Assembly (NCBI GenBank): GCA_963737265.1
Contig: CAVTRY010000011.1
Location: 1,056,001-1,120,000 of the forward strand
Source: an uncultured delta proteobacterium
Lineage (GTDB): Bacteria > Myxococcota_A > Polyangia > Fen-1088
DNA length: 64,000 nucleotides
Reading direction: 5' to 3'
The translations under genes and the position numbers were made by a program. A model generated the notes under the pieces. It had not been told where the DNA came from and ran no database searches. It saw only the letters and a list, made by a program, of their open reading frames with translations. How positions within the stretch are numbered: the first letter of the stretch is position 1; each line of letters opens with the position of its first letter. Below are positions 40,047 to 50,764 of the stretch, in pieces.

Positions 40047-41002
40047 GTGCGGTGCCAATCGACGACTTGACCGAGGCCAACCGCCCTTCCCTGCGGACGA
40101 CTTGCGGACGGATCGATTTCCTCAACCCAGTTCTTACCGCATCCGGTACCTTCGGGTACGGCAAGGAATTCGACAGCCTGCTTTCCCTCTCGGCCCTCGG
40201 CGGATTGGTGACGAAGGGTATCTCGCCCAACCCTCGCTTCGGCAATCCGACACCACGCATCTGCGAAACAGCGTCGGGAATGCTCAATTCCATCGGCTTG
40301 GAGAACGTCGGCGTGGAGGGCTTTGCCAAGAACAAGCTGCCGTTCCTCCGCACCTGCGGGACCAAGGTCCTGGTGAACTTCTTTGGCACAACCTTCGATG
40401 AATACATCGACTGCGGAGAACGGTTGGGGAAGCTGGACGGAGTCGACGGGTTGGAGATGAATGTCTCCTGTCCCAACATCAAGGCGGGCGGCATCGAGTT
40501 CGGCCGCAAAGCGCAGGTCCTGGGAGATCTGGTCCGCGTCTGCCGCGACGTCATCGCCAAGCCTCTTTGGGTCAAGCTGACGCCGAACACCTCGGACATC
40601 GTGGCGCTCGCCCGAGCCTGTGCCGACAACGGTGCCGACGCCGTCTCCATCATCAACACCATTACCGGTATGGCGATCGACGCACGAACCCGAAGGCCCA
40701 AGCTGGCGACAATCTTCGGCGGCTTGTCCGGCCCGGCCATCAAGCCGGTAGCCCTGCGCATGGTCTACCAAGTCCACCGCGCCGGCATCGGAATTCCAAT
40801 CAGCGGCATCGGCGGAATCCAGAACGGCATCGACGCGATCGAATTCATTTTGGCGGGCGCTAGCACGATCCAGGTGGGAACGCAGAACTTCATCGATCCC
40901 GCCTCGCCCGAGCGCATCGTTCGCGAAATGGAGGAATTCTGCCGCCAAAGCGGGGTTGGTGACGTGCGCGAGCTCGTCGGGGCGCTAAAGCCGGAAGCCT
41001 AG
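40043..41002 (+). CDS. pyrD: Dihydroorotate dehydrogenase class 1B catalytic subunit
   Basis: ASGTFGYG, NVSCPN, KLTPN and GGLSGPAIKP motifs. Confidence 0.95.
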   Translation: MSAVPIDDLTEANRPSLRTTCGRIDFLNPVLTASGTFGYGKEFDSLLSLSALGGLVTKGISPNPRFGNPTPRICETASGMLNSIGLENVGVEGFAKNKLPFLRTCGTKVLVNFFGTTFDEYIDCGERLGKLDGVDGLEMNVSCPNIKAGGIEFGRKAQVLGDLVRVCRDVIAKPLWVKLTPNTSDIVALARACADNGADAVSIINTITGMAIDARTRRPKLATIFGGLSGPAIKPVALRMVYQVHRAGIGIPISGIGGIQNGIDAIEFILAGASTIQVGTQNFIDPASPERIVREMEEFCRQSGVGDVRELVGALKPEA

Positions 41003-41108
41003 CGAGGCCGGGTGCCAGCAGCTATCCACGCACAGGGTTACTATAAATTCGCGGGCGCGAAATACGCCGGAAATCTTTCGCCGCTAGTCTTCAGGGACCA
41101 ATTCCTGA

Positions 41109-41501
<393 letters not shown>

Positions 41502-41903
41502 GAGCGGATCTCCACGAGTTGGGCCTCCAGGCGGAGTTCGACGGCGCTGCTGGCAGGCGACTGCATCGCCGCCCGGGGCGCTGGCGTGGCCTTGCATTTC
41601 GGGCTTTGTTAGATCGCCGTCCCTGACCTCCGTGTTCCGTGCTGCCACTGGGACGTAGACGGGCACTCGAATGTCGGCTTGCGCGCGAGCCATCCGACCA
41701 GCTCAACGCGCATGATTTTACGTCGACGAAACAAAACTTGTGATGCAGTCGCAACGTTGTCTGCGCTAGATCTTGCCCCTGAAAGGCATCTGCTTGTCGC
41801 GGTGGAGGCCAATTCTTGCGGATTTCTCTACATCGCGTCGGCAGCGGCCACTAGAAGAGAGCCGAGAACAGAGAAAGAACACCAACAAAACTGAGGACAC
41901 CAC

Positions 41904-44048
41904 ATGACAGCCCGCAGAAATGCCGTTGCCGCAATTGCCACAAAGAAAGTTGAATCTACCGAAAACTACCTGGAGCATGCCGGTGAGGATATCTACGGCA
42001 GCTACGTGTTCGGAGACGACGCCCAGCGCGAGTACCTGCCCAAGCCGGTCTATCGCCAACTTCGCCGCACGATCGCCGGGCTAGAGCCATTCGATTCCGG
42101 CATCGCCGATGCCGTGGCGCAAGGTATGAAGGCGTGGGCGCTTTCGCATGGCGCCACTCACTACACGCATTGGTTTATTCCGCTCACCGGCACCACCGCG
42201 GAAAAGCACGACTCGTTCCTCAATCCTGACGGTGACGGCAAGACCATCGTCGAGTTCTCGGGCAAGGCGCTCATCCAGGGTGAGCCCGACGCCTCCTCGT
42301 TCCCCTCTGGCGGCGTGCGCTCGACCTTCGAGGCTCGCGGCTACACCGCGTGGGACGTCACCTCGCCGGCCTTCTTGCAAGTCGAGCCGAACGGCGTCAC
42401 GCTGACTATCCCCACGGCCTTCGTCTCGTACACGGGAGAGGCCCTGGACCAGAAAATCCCCCTTTTGCGCTCGCAGGAGGCGATTGCCAAGCAGGCACTA
42501 CGCATCCTCAAATGGTTTGGCAATACCACCACCAAGAGGGTCTTCACGACCATCGGTCCCGAGCAGGAGTACTTTCTCGTCGATCGCGGTCTGGCCGAGC
42601 TCCGTCCCGACCTGGTGCTGACCGGTCGCACGCTGTTTGGTGCGCCATCCCCCAAGGGCCAGGAGCTGGAAGACCAGTACTTCGGCTCGATTCGCGAGCG
42701 CATCCTGGCCTTCATGCAGGACCTCGATCGCGAGCTGTGGCGCCTGGGTATGCCGTCGAAGACCCGCCACAACGAGGTTGCTCCGGCCCAGTTCGAGTTG
42801 GCTCCCATGTTCGAGGCGACCACGGTGGGCTCGGATCACAACATGCTGTTGCTCAATCTGATGCGCAAGATCGCCTTCCAGCACGGTCTGGCGGCGCTGG
42901 TGCATGAGAAGCCCTTCCGCGGCGTCAACGGCTCGGGCAAGCACAACAACTGGTCGATGGCCACCGATGACGGCGAGAACCTTCTCAACCCGGGCCACGA
43001 CCCGCATGCCAACGCGCAGTTCCTGACCTTCCTGGCCGCCACCATCCGCGCGGTCAGCCTGCACTCCGATCTGCTGCGCGCCTCGGTCGCCGACGCCGGC
43101 AACGACCATCGCTTGGGCGCCAACGAGGCTCCACCCGCCATCGTCTCCATCTTCCTCGGTGCTCAGCTGGAAGACATCGTCCAGCAACTGGAGAAGGGCA
43201 CCGCTTCTTCGTCCAAGCAGGGCGGCAAGCTAGAGCTGGGTGTCACCACCCTGCCCATTCTGCCCAAGGACTCCACAGACCGCAACCGCACCTCGCCTTT
43301 CGCCTTCACCGGCAACAGGTTCGAGTTCCGCGCGGTTGGTTCCTCGGTGCCAATCTACTGGCCCCAGACCGTGCTCAACACCATCGTGGCCGAGTCGCTT
43401 TCGGTCATCGCCGACAAGCTCGACAAGCTCAAAAGCAACGACTTCGCCGGCCTCACCAAGATCCTGTCCGAGGTCATCAAAGAGAACAAGCAGGTGCTCT
43501 TCTCGGGCAATAACTACGCCGAGGAATGGCATGCGGAGGCCGCCAAGCGCGGACTGCCGAACAACAAGAGCACGGTCGACGCCTTGCCGGCTCTCCAAAC
43601 GGAAAAGGCCAAGAAGATCTTCGCGCAGTTCGGCGTGCTCTCCGAGCGCGAGCTTGAGAGTCGTTACGAGATCGCTTGGGAGCGATACGTCAAGGTGCAG
43701 AACATCGAGGCCAACGCGTCCATCGAGATCGCACGGACGCTCCTCGTCCCGGCAGCCGTGAAGTACCTTGGCGAGCTTGGCGCGGCATCGAAATCCAAGG
43801 GAGCCAACAAGCTCGCCGACAAAATCGCCGGGCTGGTTGACAACTTGGTGGAGAACATTGACGCGCTCGAAAAGGCCCAGCATGCAGCCCATGCGGCCGG
43901 TTCGCTCCACGCCGAGGCCAAGGCGTTCAAGGAGAAGGTGATTCCGGCCCAAGACTTGGTGCGGGAAGTGGCGGACGCGCTCGAGACCTTGGTTTCGGAC
44001 GAGCTCTGGCCGCTGCCCAAGTACCGGGAGCTGCTCTTCCAATACTAG
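41904..44048 (+). CDS. glnA: Glutamine synthetase type III
   Basis: THYTHWF, GEPDASSFP, HEKPF.GVNGSGKHNNWS and DRNRTSPFAF; 714 aa. Confidence 0.95.
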   Translation: MTARRNAVAAIATKKVESTENYLEHAGEDIYGSYVFGDDAQREYLPKPVYRQLRRTIAGLEPFDSGIADAVAQGMKAWALSHGATHYTHWFIPLTGTTAEKHDSFLNPDGDGKTIVEFSGKALIQGEPDASSFPSGGVRSTFEARGYTAWDVTSPAFLQVEPNGVTLTIPTAFVSYTGEALDQKIPLLRSQEAIAKQALRILKWFGNTTTKRVFTTIGPEQEYFLVDRGLAELRPDLVLTGRTLFGAPSPKGQELEDQYFGSIRERILAFMQDLDRELWRLGMPSKTRHNEVAPAQFELAPMFEATTVGSDHNMLLLNLMRKIAFQHGLAALVHEKPFRGVNGSGKHNNWSMATDDGENLLNPGHDPHANAQFLTFLAATIRAVSLHSDLLRASVADAGNDHRLGANEAPPAIVSIFLGAQLEDIVQQLEKGTASSSKQGGKLELGVTTLPILPKDSTDRNRTSPFAFTGNRFEFRAVGSSVPIYWPQTVLNTIVAESLSVIADKLDKLKSNDFAGLTKILSEVIKENKQVLFSGNNYAEEWHAEAAKRGLPNNKSTVDALPALQTEKAKKIFAQFGVLSERELESRYEIAWERYVKVQNIEANASIEIARTLLVPAAVKYLGELGAASKSKGANKLADKIAGLVDNLVENIDALEKAQHAAHAAGSLHAEAKAFKEKVIPAQDLVREVADALETLVSDELWPLPKYRELLFQY

Positions 44049-44063
44049 CGACAACCCACATGG

Positions 44064-44102
44064 AACGAGGCCGGTTGGTAACAGCCGGCCTCGTTTTGTT
44101 TT
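44064..44102 (+). terminator. Intrinsic terminator after glnA
   Basis: AACGAGGCCGG..CCGGCCTCGTT stem plus T-rich tail. Confidence 0.85.
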
Positions 44103-44217
44103 GCCTGTCAAGGTTGTGCACCCTCGGCTGGATGACAACGAGCACCCTATGCGAAACTCGTTGCGGAGAATCAAAGACCTCCCTAGAGTTGCGCCCCTCC
44201 CTGTCGGCAGTCGTTCT

Positions 44218-45120
44218 ATGTCCAGTATTTCTTTTGGCGAGCGAGTAGCAAGAGACGCGTGGCGCATTGCGCCCAAGGCGCTCCTTTCCAGGGTGATTGG
44301 CTGGGGCTCCAGACGAGAGCTTCCCCGACGTCTTCAGACCCTACTGCTCAACTCCTACGCTCGGACCTACGGCCTCGACTGCGCCGAAGCGGAGCTCTCC
44401 ATAGACAGCTACAAGAGCTTGCACGCATTTTTTGCCCGACGCTTGCGACCAGATGCTCGCACCCTGCCTGCCGATAGAAATGCGATCATGGCCCCTTCCG
44501 ATGGCACGATCTGCGAGGCTGGACTTGCTTCCGCTGGCAGGCTGCTGGAGGCCAAGGGTTCACTCTTCACCTTGGCTAACCTTTTGGCGGACGACACCCT
44601 GGCCGCTCGCCTTGCCGGCGGACCCTATATCGTCATCTACTTATCTCCTCGCGACTATCATCGCGTGCACTTTCCGATGGGCGGCAAGGTTGTCTCGTGG
44701 ACCCATATCCCAGGGAAGCTTTTTCCGGTGGGCAGCAGCAGCGTCAGACGCGAGCCCGGCCTTTTCGCGAAAAATGAGCGCTTCGTTACTGTCGTGGATG
44801 GCCCGGCTGGTCGCTACGCGGTCGTCATGGTTGCCGCGGTTGGAGTCGGACATATCACCGCTAGCTACGATTCCGAAGTCGCGACGCATGACGCCGGTTT
44901 TGCAAAAATCTCCATGCGACATAGGCAATTCGAGTCGCCCGTGCCCGTTGAAACTGGACAGGAGCTCGGGATCTTCAACCTCGGCTCGACCACCATCACG
45001 ATTTTCGAGCCGGGCCGGGTTGAGCTGGACGATCTTGTTTCTGACACACAAATGAGGATGGGAGCTGAAGTTGGCCGTATCATAACAAGACACCTGCACG
45101 GACAGACGCCCCGCCAATGA
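44218..45120 (+). CDS. psd: Phosphatidylserine decarboxylase
   Basis: FFARRLRP, YLSPRDYHRVH, NER and FNLGST cleavage motif. Confidence 0.92.
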   Translation: MSSISFGERVARDAWRIAPKALLSRVIGWGSRRELPRRLQTLLLNSYARTYGLDCAEAELSIDSYKSLHAFFARRLRPDARTLPADRNAIMAPSDGTICEAGLASAGRLLEAKGSLFTLANLLADDTLAARLAGGPYIVIYLSPRDYHRVHFPMGGKVVSWTHIPGKLFPVGSSSVRREPGLFAKNERFVTVVDGPAGRYAVVMVAAVGVGHITASYDSEVATHDAGFAKISMRHRQFESPVPVETGQELGIFNLGSTTITIFEPGRVELDDLVSDTQMRMGAEVGRIITRHLHGQTPRQ

Positions 45121-46718
45121 GTCGAAACGGCGACACGCCCCAAGCTCCGACCACGGTCTCGACCCCGGACCATGATGATTCGGTTAGCGCGCGGTTGGAG
45201 ACGGATATGGCTGTCTTGGCCGATCACGATCCGACCCTGAAGTGGATTGTTTCAGACCTTGTGGAAGGGAACGAACAAACTCCGCCGCCTCTGACGTCCG
45301 AGCATTTCGCGCGAACGCCGCCCGCGGAAGAGACGCGGGTCGGTGACCGAACGCCGCCCCCGGAAAAGACGCCGGTCGGTGAACGAACGCCGCTCCCGGA
45401 AAGGACGCCTAGGGCGGCCGTGCGTTTGGTCGATTTCAAGGGCGCTGAGCCCGACGAGTTTTTGGCCGCAGATCCCACGCCTCCTCCGCCAAGCGCGGCA
45501 CCACGGGCCGATGTCTTGGGCGCGGAGCCCACGGCGATACTGCCCGGGCCCACAGGCAGTGATTCCGAGCTGCCCGCAGATGCCGTCGAGATCATTCCTC
45601 ATTCGGCTGGCGAAGTGGGTGCCACACCCTCGGCCTCCGACCTTGCCGACACGCCACCGGACGGAATCCCCACAAACCCAGACTCGTCCTCGCCAGCATC
45701 CTCGGCTGCGGCCGAACCACGTGAAGTGGAGCCGGACCTTCTTGAAATGATGGAGTCGGCTGAACACTTGACGTTATCCGAGGCGGAAACGCCCCCCGAG
45801 GCATCTCAGCCTCCGACGCCTCCTCCGGTCCCGGTCGAAGCTTCCGGCCCAGCGGCGCCAGCCCCGCAACCACCGACGCCTGCGTCTCCCTTGTTCGAAG
45901 AAAGCGCGGCGGCGATCGGCGAATCGCAAATACCTGAAGCTCTCGCACGGCGCTCGCTCAAGAAACGCTCAAAACCCTGGTTCGAGGAGGTGTTTGACGA
46001 GGACTTCCTGCGAACGCTTCCCTTCTCGACCCCAGAGCAGACCGCGCGCGAGGTGACGTTCATTCGCCAAGCCCTGTCCCCGCCAGCGGGTGGCGAGGTT
46101 CTCGATCTCGCGTGTGGGTACGGCCGGCATGCCCTGGAGCTCGCTCAAACTGGGCTCCGCCTAACCGGCCTCGATCTCTCGCTGCCGCTGCTCATCCGAG
46201 CGGCGGACACTGCCCAGCGACGCGGACTCGCCGTCAACTTCGTGCATGCCGATATGCGGGAGATGACGTTCGACAGCCGGTTTGACGCCGCCTACTGTGT
46301 GTTGTCGTCGTTTGGTTACTTCGACGAAGAGACCAATCTGCGGGTTGCAAGCGGCATTTGCCGAGCTTTGAAACCTGGCGGACGATTCCTGCTCGACATC
46401 ATCAACCGCGACTACATCGTCGCTGATCTCCCGAGCCGCACGTGGTGGGAAGGAGACGGCTGCGTTGTGCTCGAAGAAGTGGATTTCAACTACCACACCA
46501 GCCGCGTTCTGATTCGACGTTCAGTCGTTTTCGCCGATGGTCGCCAGGTGGAACAAGAGATATCGATGCGAGCCTACAGCCTGCACGAGGTTGGTAAGCT
46601 GCTTTGCCAAGCGGGTTTCCGGGTCTTGGAAGTTTCCGGCGGCCTAGCAGTGAGATCCAAATTCTTCGGATCGGCTTCGCGCAACATCATTGCTGTCTGC
46701 GAGAGGCCCGTGCCCTAG
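45117..46718 (+). CDS. Class I SAM methyltransferase with long Pro/acidic N-terminal region
   Basis: VLDLACGYGRH, ADMRE and LKPGGRFLL motifs. Confidence 0.85.
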   Translation: MSRNGDTPQAPTTVSTPDHDDSVSARLETDMAVLADHDPTLKWIVSDLVEGNEQTPPPLTSEHFARTPPAEETRVGDRTPPPEKTPVGERTPLPERTPRAAVRLVDFKGAEPDEFLAADPTPPPPSAAPRADVLGAEPTAILPGPTGSDSELPADAVEIIPHSAGEVGATPSASDLADTPPDGIPTNPDSSSPASSAAAEPREVEPDLLEMMESAEHLTLSEAETPPEASQPPTPPPVPVEASGPAAPAPQPPTPASPLFEESAAAIGESQIPEALARRSLKKRSKPWFEEVFDEDFLRTLPFSTPEQTAREVTFIRQALSPPAGGEVLDLACGYGRHALELAQTGLRLTGLDLSLPLLIRAADTAQRRGLAVNFVHADMREMTFDSRFDAAYCVLSSFGYFDEETNLRVASGICRALKPGGRFLLDIINRDYIVADLPSRTWWEGDGCVVLEEVDFNYHTSRVLIRRSVVFADGRQVEQEISMRAYSLHEVGKLLCQAGFRVLEVSGGLAVRSKFFGSASRNIIAVCERPVP

Positions 46719-46975
46719 CCGTCCGGTCTCCCGCCGTCACACATCGTCGCGTCAATTGTGACAACCCGACTGGCGCGGTGGCACTAACACGGTCATGGCA
46801 GTTAGTTTACAAGCCATACAACCGATCTATCGGGTCAAGCATCTTATCGTAGGATGAAAGCCAAGGAAGACCAGGAATATTTCTTCGCCTACATTGGTAT
46901 GAAGTGTGGGAGAAGTGGCGATATGAAAGCGGCAACGCGGAAACGGAATGCGCGATGCGTCGAATAGCAGCTAAA

Positions 46976-48580
46976 ATGAAACCAGTCAGAAAACAACGAC
47001 CTATACGCGAGGATCGGCGCGCGAGGATGGTCGAACGCGTGACCTCGACGGCATCGGCCGATGTTGCTGTACCATTTGCCCGTCCGGCAAATGACACCGG
47101 TGCTGAACTCGACTTCGTCGGGGATCCCACGGTTGAGCCTGGATTCGGTCGCGTTGTGGACGAACTGGATTCGGTTGCTGACACTCTCGCGGTCGTAGAA
47201 CCGGAGGTTGAGGACGATTCCCTCCCCGCTGTGTTGGCCGCCAACGCTGCCGTGGGTGAGATTGAGCCAGCCGAGGATCTCCCGGACGAACCCGAAGCTG
47301 ACGACGATGCCGACCCCGAGGTTGGCGCCGAGGCAGAGTCCGCGGACTCTGACGATGAGTCCACCGCTGCGACTCCGGGTGGTCCCAAGTCGGACGAGCC
47401 TCAGAGCTTCCTGGCCATGTATTTTCGCGATATGGCAGAGCTATCGGTGCTCAAGCCTGAACAGGAATTTGAAACGGCTCGGCACATCGAAGAGCTGGAA
47501 TTGGACCTTTGGCAGGCCCTGCTCGCCTACACGGCCTGGGCATCGCATCTTGCGATCACAGTCGAAACCGCGATGGGCAGAGCTCTTCCCGAGCTCAAGA
47601 CCTACCGCATGCTCTCCGAGCGCGTCGGCCGCAAGGGGCCGACCCCCGAAAAGCGCAAACTCTCCAAAACCATGGTTGCCTTAGCGGCCCAGCTCAAGGA
47701 GCTCGACATCGACCGAGTCTTTGTTGATGCTGCCCTTACCGAGCTCCAGCGTCTGAGCGGTGCGGCGCGCATGGGGCGCCCGATCGAGAGGCTCGGATTC
47801 AATACCGAGACCAAGCCATTTCAGGAGTTCGCGTCGACCATCACCAACAAGTCCGGAATCGTCAAACGCGCCAAGAATGAGTTCGTGAAGGCAAATCTGC
47901 GCCTCGTGGTTTCCATCGCCCGTCGCTTTAACCATGGACGACTGCCGCTGCCCGACCTAATCCAGGAAGGGAACATCGGCCTCATGAAGGCGGTCGAGCG
48001 CTACGACTACCGACGGGGATTCCGCTTCTCCACCTACGCGAGTTGGTGGATTCGTCACGCCATCAGCCGAGCGCTCGCCGACAAAGGCCGCGCCGTGCGG
48101 TTACCGGTACACATGATCGATGCGTACCATCGCATTGCCAAGTCCGAGCGCGAGCTCCAGTCGAAGCTCGAACGTCCAGCCACGACCGAGGAAATCGCCT
48201 CGGTGACCGGCATCGAGGCCGAGAAGCTGGAAAAGATGCGCACTTTCCTGGCGGACAATCCAGTTTCCCTGGATCGGTCGCTCTCCGAGGACGATGGGCG
48301 CCGCCTCATCGACGTGCTCGTGGATCCCAACGAAGCGCCGAGCCCGCCCGATCAAATGATGAGCAGCGAGACCCAGCAGGAAATGCTCAAACTGCTGAGC
48401 GTCCTCAAACCTATCGAGGCTGACATCCTGCGCAAGCGCTTCGGGCTCATCAACGACCACGAACGCACTCTCAAGGAAATCGGTGACGAATACCGTTTGT
48501 CCCGCGAACGCGTGCGCCAGTTGCAAGAGCAGGCCTTGGGCAAAATGCGCAAGGCAATGGCCAAGCGCGAGATCGTCTAG
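46976..48580 (+). CDS. Sigma-70 family factor (RpoD-like, non-primary; start uncertain)
   Basis: [33 protein letters not shown] and TLKEIG..SRERVRQ motifs. Confidence 0.9.
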   Translation: MKPVRKQRPIREDRRARMVERVTSTASADVAVPFARPANDTGAELDFVGDPTVEPGFGRVVDELDSVADTLAVVEPEVEDDSLPAVLAANAAVGEIEPAEDLPDEPEADDDADPEVGAEAESADSDDESTAATPGGPKSDEPQSFLAMYFRDMAELSVLKPEQEFETARHIEELELDLWQALLAYTAWASHLAITVETAMGRALPELKTYRMLSERVGRKGPTPEKRKLSKTMVALAAQLKELDIDRVFVDAALTELQRLSGAARMGRPIERLGFNTETKPFQEFASTITNKSGIVKRAKNEFVKANLRLVVSIARRFNHGRLPLPDLIQEGNIGLMKAVERYDYRRGFRFSTYASWWIRHAISRALADKGRAVRLPVHMIDAYHRIAKSERELQSKLERPATTEEIASVTGIEAEKLEKMRTFLADNPVSLDRSLSEDDGRRLIDVLVDPNEAPSPPDQMMSSETQQEMLKLLSVLKPIEADILRKRFGLINDHERTLKEIGDEYRLSRERVRQLQEQALGKMRKAMAKREIV

Positions 48581-48589
48581 CTAGCTAGC

Positions 48590-49528
48590 CTAGCCCTCGG
48601 TCGAAAACGGAGCCAGGATGGTGCCTGGTGGGATGCGGTGCCCCGCCAGGAGTGCCTGGGCGAGCATGCGCTTGCGACCTGGCATTTGAAGCTCGGCGAA
48701 GGCGAGTGCGCCCTCGCCGCAGGCTACCGCGAGACCCGCGGGGACGAGACCTAGGACCTCGCCCGGTCTTCCCGAGCCGGCGACCAACGTAGGCCGAAAG
48801 ACCTTGGTGGGCGCGCCAGCCACAACGACGGTCGCTCCGGGCCACGGGTCAACTCCGCGCGCCTGCGCGGACACGCTCGGAGCTGATTGCCCGAAGTCGA
48901 GCAGACCATCTTCCTTTTTCAGCAATGGCGCGAAGGTCGCGGCTGCGTGGTCCTGCGGCTGCAAAACGACGGTTTCCGCGCCGATCCGCGGAAGGGTTTC
49001 CGCCAGCAACCGTGCCCCGAGCGGCGCCAGGCGGTCGGCCAAAGATCCTGCCGTGTCGTCGTCCCTGATTGCATCCTTGGCAAGAGCCGCGACCGGTCCC
49101 GTGTCGAGTCCCTCTTCCATACGCATGATCGTCACGCCGGTCGTGTGCTCGCCCCGGATGACCGCCCACTGAATCGGTGCCGCGCCCCGAAACTTGGGCA
49201 GGATTGAGGCATGCACATTCCACGGGCCGAGCCGGGGTACGGCGAGAAGGTCGGGCGGAAGAATTCGGCCGTAGGCAACGACGACGAACAAGTCGGGCTC
49301 AAGCGCCATGAGCTCGCGGGCCAGTGCGCCATCACGAAGTTTGGTCGGCTGAAAGACCGGAAGCCCGCGCTGGCTCGCCAGTACCTTGACCGCCGGGGCC
49401 TGAACCTTTCCGCCTCGACCCGCCGGACGATCGGGCTGGGTGACGACGGCGACCACGTCGTGGTGATCGGCCACCGCCACAAGCGATGGAACGGCAAAGT
49501 CGGGCGAGCCGAAAAAAACGATTCGCAC
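48590..49528 (-). CDS. fmt: Methionyl-tRNA formyltransferase
   Basis: FFGSPDFA, TQPDRPAGRG and NVHASILPKFRGAAPI motifs. Confidence 0.95.
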   Translation of the reverse strand: MRIVFFGSPDFAVPSLVAVADHHDVVAVVTQPDRPAGRGGKVQAPAVKVLASQRGLPVFQPTKLRDGALARELMALEPDLFVVVAYGRILPPDLLAVPRLGPWNVHASILPKFRGAAPIQWAVIRGEHTTGVTIMRMEEGLDTGPVAALAKDAIRDDDTAGSLADRLAPLGARLLAETLPRIGAETVVLQPQDHAAATFAPLLKKEDGLLDFGQSAPSVSAQARGVDPWPGATVVVAGAPTKVFRPTLVAGSGRPGEVLGLVPAGLAVACGEGALAFAELQMPGRKRMLAQALLAGHRIPPGTILAPFSTEG

Positions 49529-49534
49529 GGCCGG

Positions 49535-50764
49535 TCAGCTTCGCGAAAAGCCCGCAGGCGATGGCGTTGCATCCCGAGACCCCGGCTCGCCGTCCGCGTC
49601 CGGGCCATGGGCCAAGTTGAACTCGTAGGCCGAGCGAAGGACTGGGGTCGAGAGCACGCGCAGTCCCTCGTCGAGCACGTCCTGGATGGTTTCAATCTGT
49701 TGCTTCAATTCATGCCACAGCTCCGGCCCGACGGTTTCGGGTGCGATTTCCTTGCGCAGCCTGGTGTAGGCCCGGCGGACGTCATTCGCGTCCGCGCGGC
49801 GATCGAGACCAAGCGACTGGAAGTAGTCGCTTTCCACGGCAAGCGCGTAGCGAGACTGAATGCGCTCGCGATCGATGCCAAGATCGCGCAAGCCCACCCG
49901 CGCGCCGTCCCGCACACTCGTGCCCGCGTCCACGGGCCGCAACACACCAAAGATGGATAATGTTAGTGCAATCCGCGCCACGGTTGCGTCCGAAAGGCCG
50001 CTGTCTCGAACCACGTCAACGAGCGAACGGATACCGTCGAACAGCGATGGCACACGCGTTTCCGCTTTTTCGGCGGTGGCGGCCAACTCGGACACCGAAT
50101 CCGCCGCGCCCGTAGAGTTGTCGAGCAGGAAGGCGATCTTACCCGTCCCCAAGCGCGCCGCGATCTTGTCGCTGGGGTAGTCGCGCGCCAAGCCCTCGCA
50201 GACGAGCACGATGGGATGGCGAAGCAAGCGGGTTCGGTCGGGCCCCGCGGTGACATTGGGATCGATTTGCCAGCGCCCCGTCGTCCAGGCGAAAAGCGAC
50301 AGAATGATGCTTTCGTAGTGGCGCCGAACGGCGGGCAAAAGCTCATCGCTGCGCAAGAAACCCAAGTCGACCAGAACGGCGCCGACCTTCCGTCCCGTGG
50401 CATCGACTACGCGCACAGTCTCTTTGTTCTGGCGGGCGTCGAGCACGCCTTCGCGGGTGAGCATGGCGAGCATTCGATCGGCGGCATCGTCGGAGGCTGC
50501 CATCACGGGGAGGCCGGCCTCGAAGTAGACCGACTTTTCCGCCTGCTCGCCGCGCACGCGCAGCCGGCCGGTCATGCCTTCAAGGTAGATTCGGCCGAGC
50601 AGCAACGGCATGTCGAGATCGGCCAAATCGCCCCCCACGGCCGGACCGCCGCCGACGACGATGGTGCGCAGCGTGCTCGACATCTCCGCGTCGAGAATGC
50701 CGTCGATGCTTTCGGCGAGCCTCCCGAGCAGCTTGGTCGAATCTTCATTGGTCGGCTTCATCAC
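49535..50764 (-). CDS. DUF4388 domain protein with degenerate J-like C-terminal domain
   Basis: GDL..TGRL..KSVYFEAG; DYFQSLGL..DVRRAY with APE in place of HPD. Confidence 0.7.
   Translation of the reverse strand: MMKPTNEDSTKLLGRLAESIDGILDAEMSSTLRTIVVGGGPAVGGDLADLDMPLLLGRIYLEGMTGRLRVRGEQAEKSVYFEAGLPVMAASDDAADRMLAMLTREGVLDARQNKETVRVVDATGRKVGAVLVDLGFLRSDELLPAVRRHYESIILSLFAWTTGRWQIDPNVTAGPDRTRLLRHPIVLVCEGLARDYPSDKIAARLGTGKIAFLLDNSTGAADSVSELAATAEKAETRVPSLFDGIRSLVDVVRDSGLSDATVARIALTLSIFGVLRPVDAGTSVRDGARVGLRDLGIDRERIQSRYALAVESDYFQSLGLDRRADANDVRRAYTRLRKEIAPETVGPELWHELKQQIETIQDVLDEGLRVLSTPVLRSAYEFNLAHGPDADGEPGSRDATPSPAGFSRS

Noticed and set aside
41581-41800. Sigma54 -24/-12 promoter for glnA
   Set aside because: Candidates (TGGCGTGGCCTTGC, AGGCATCTGCTTG) have the wrong spacing or bases
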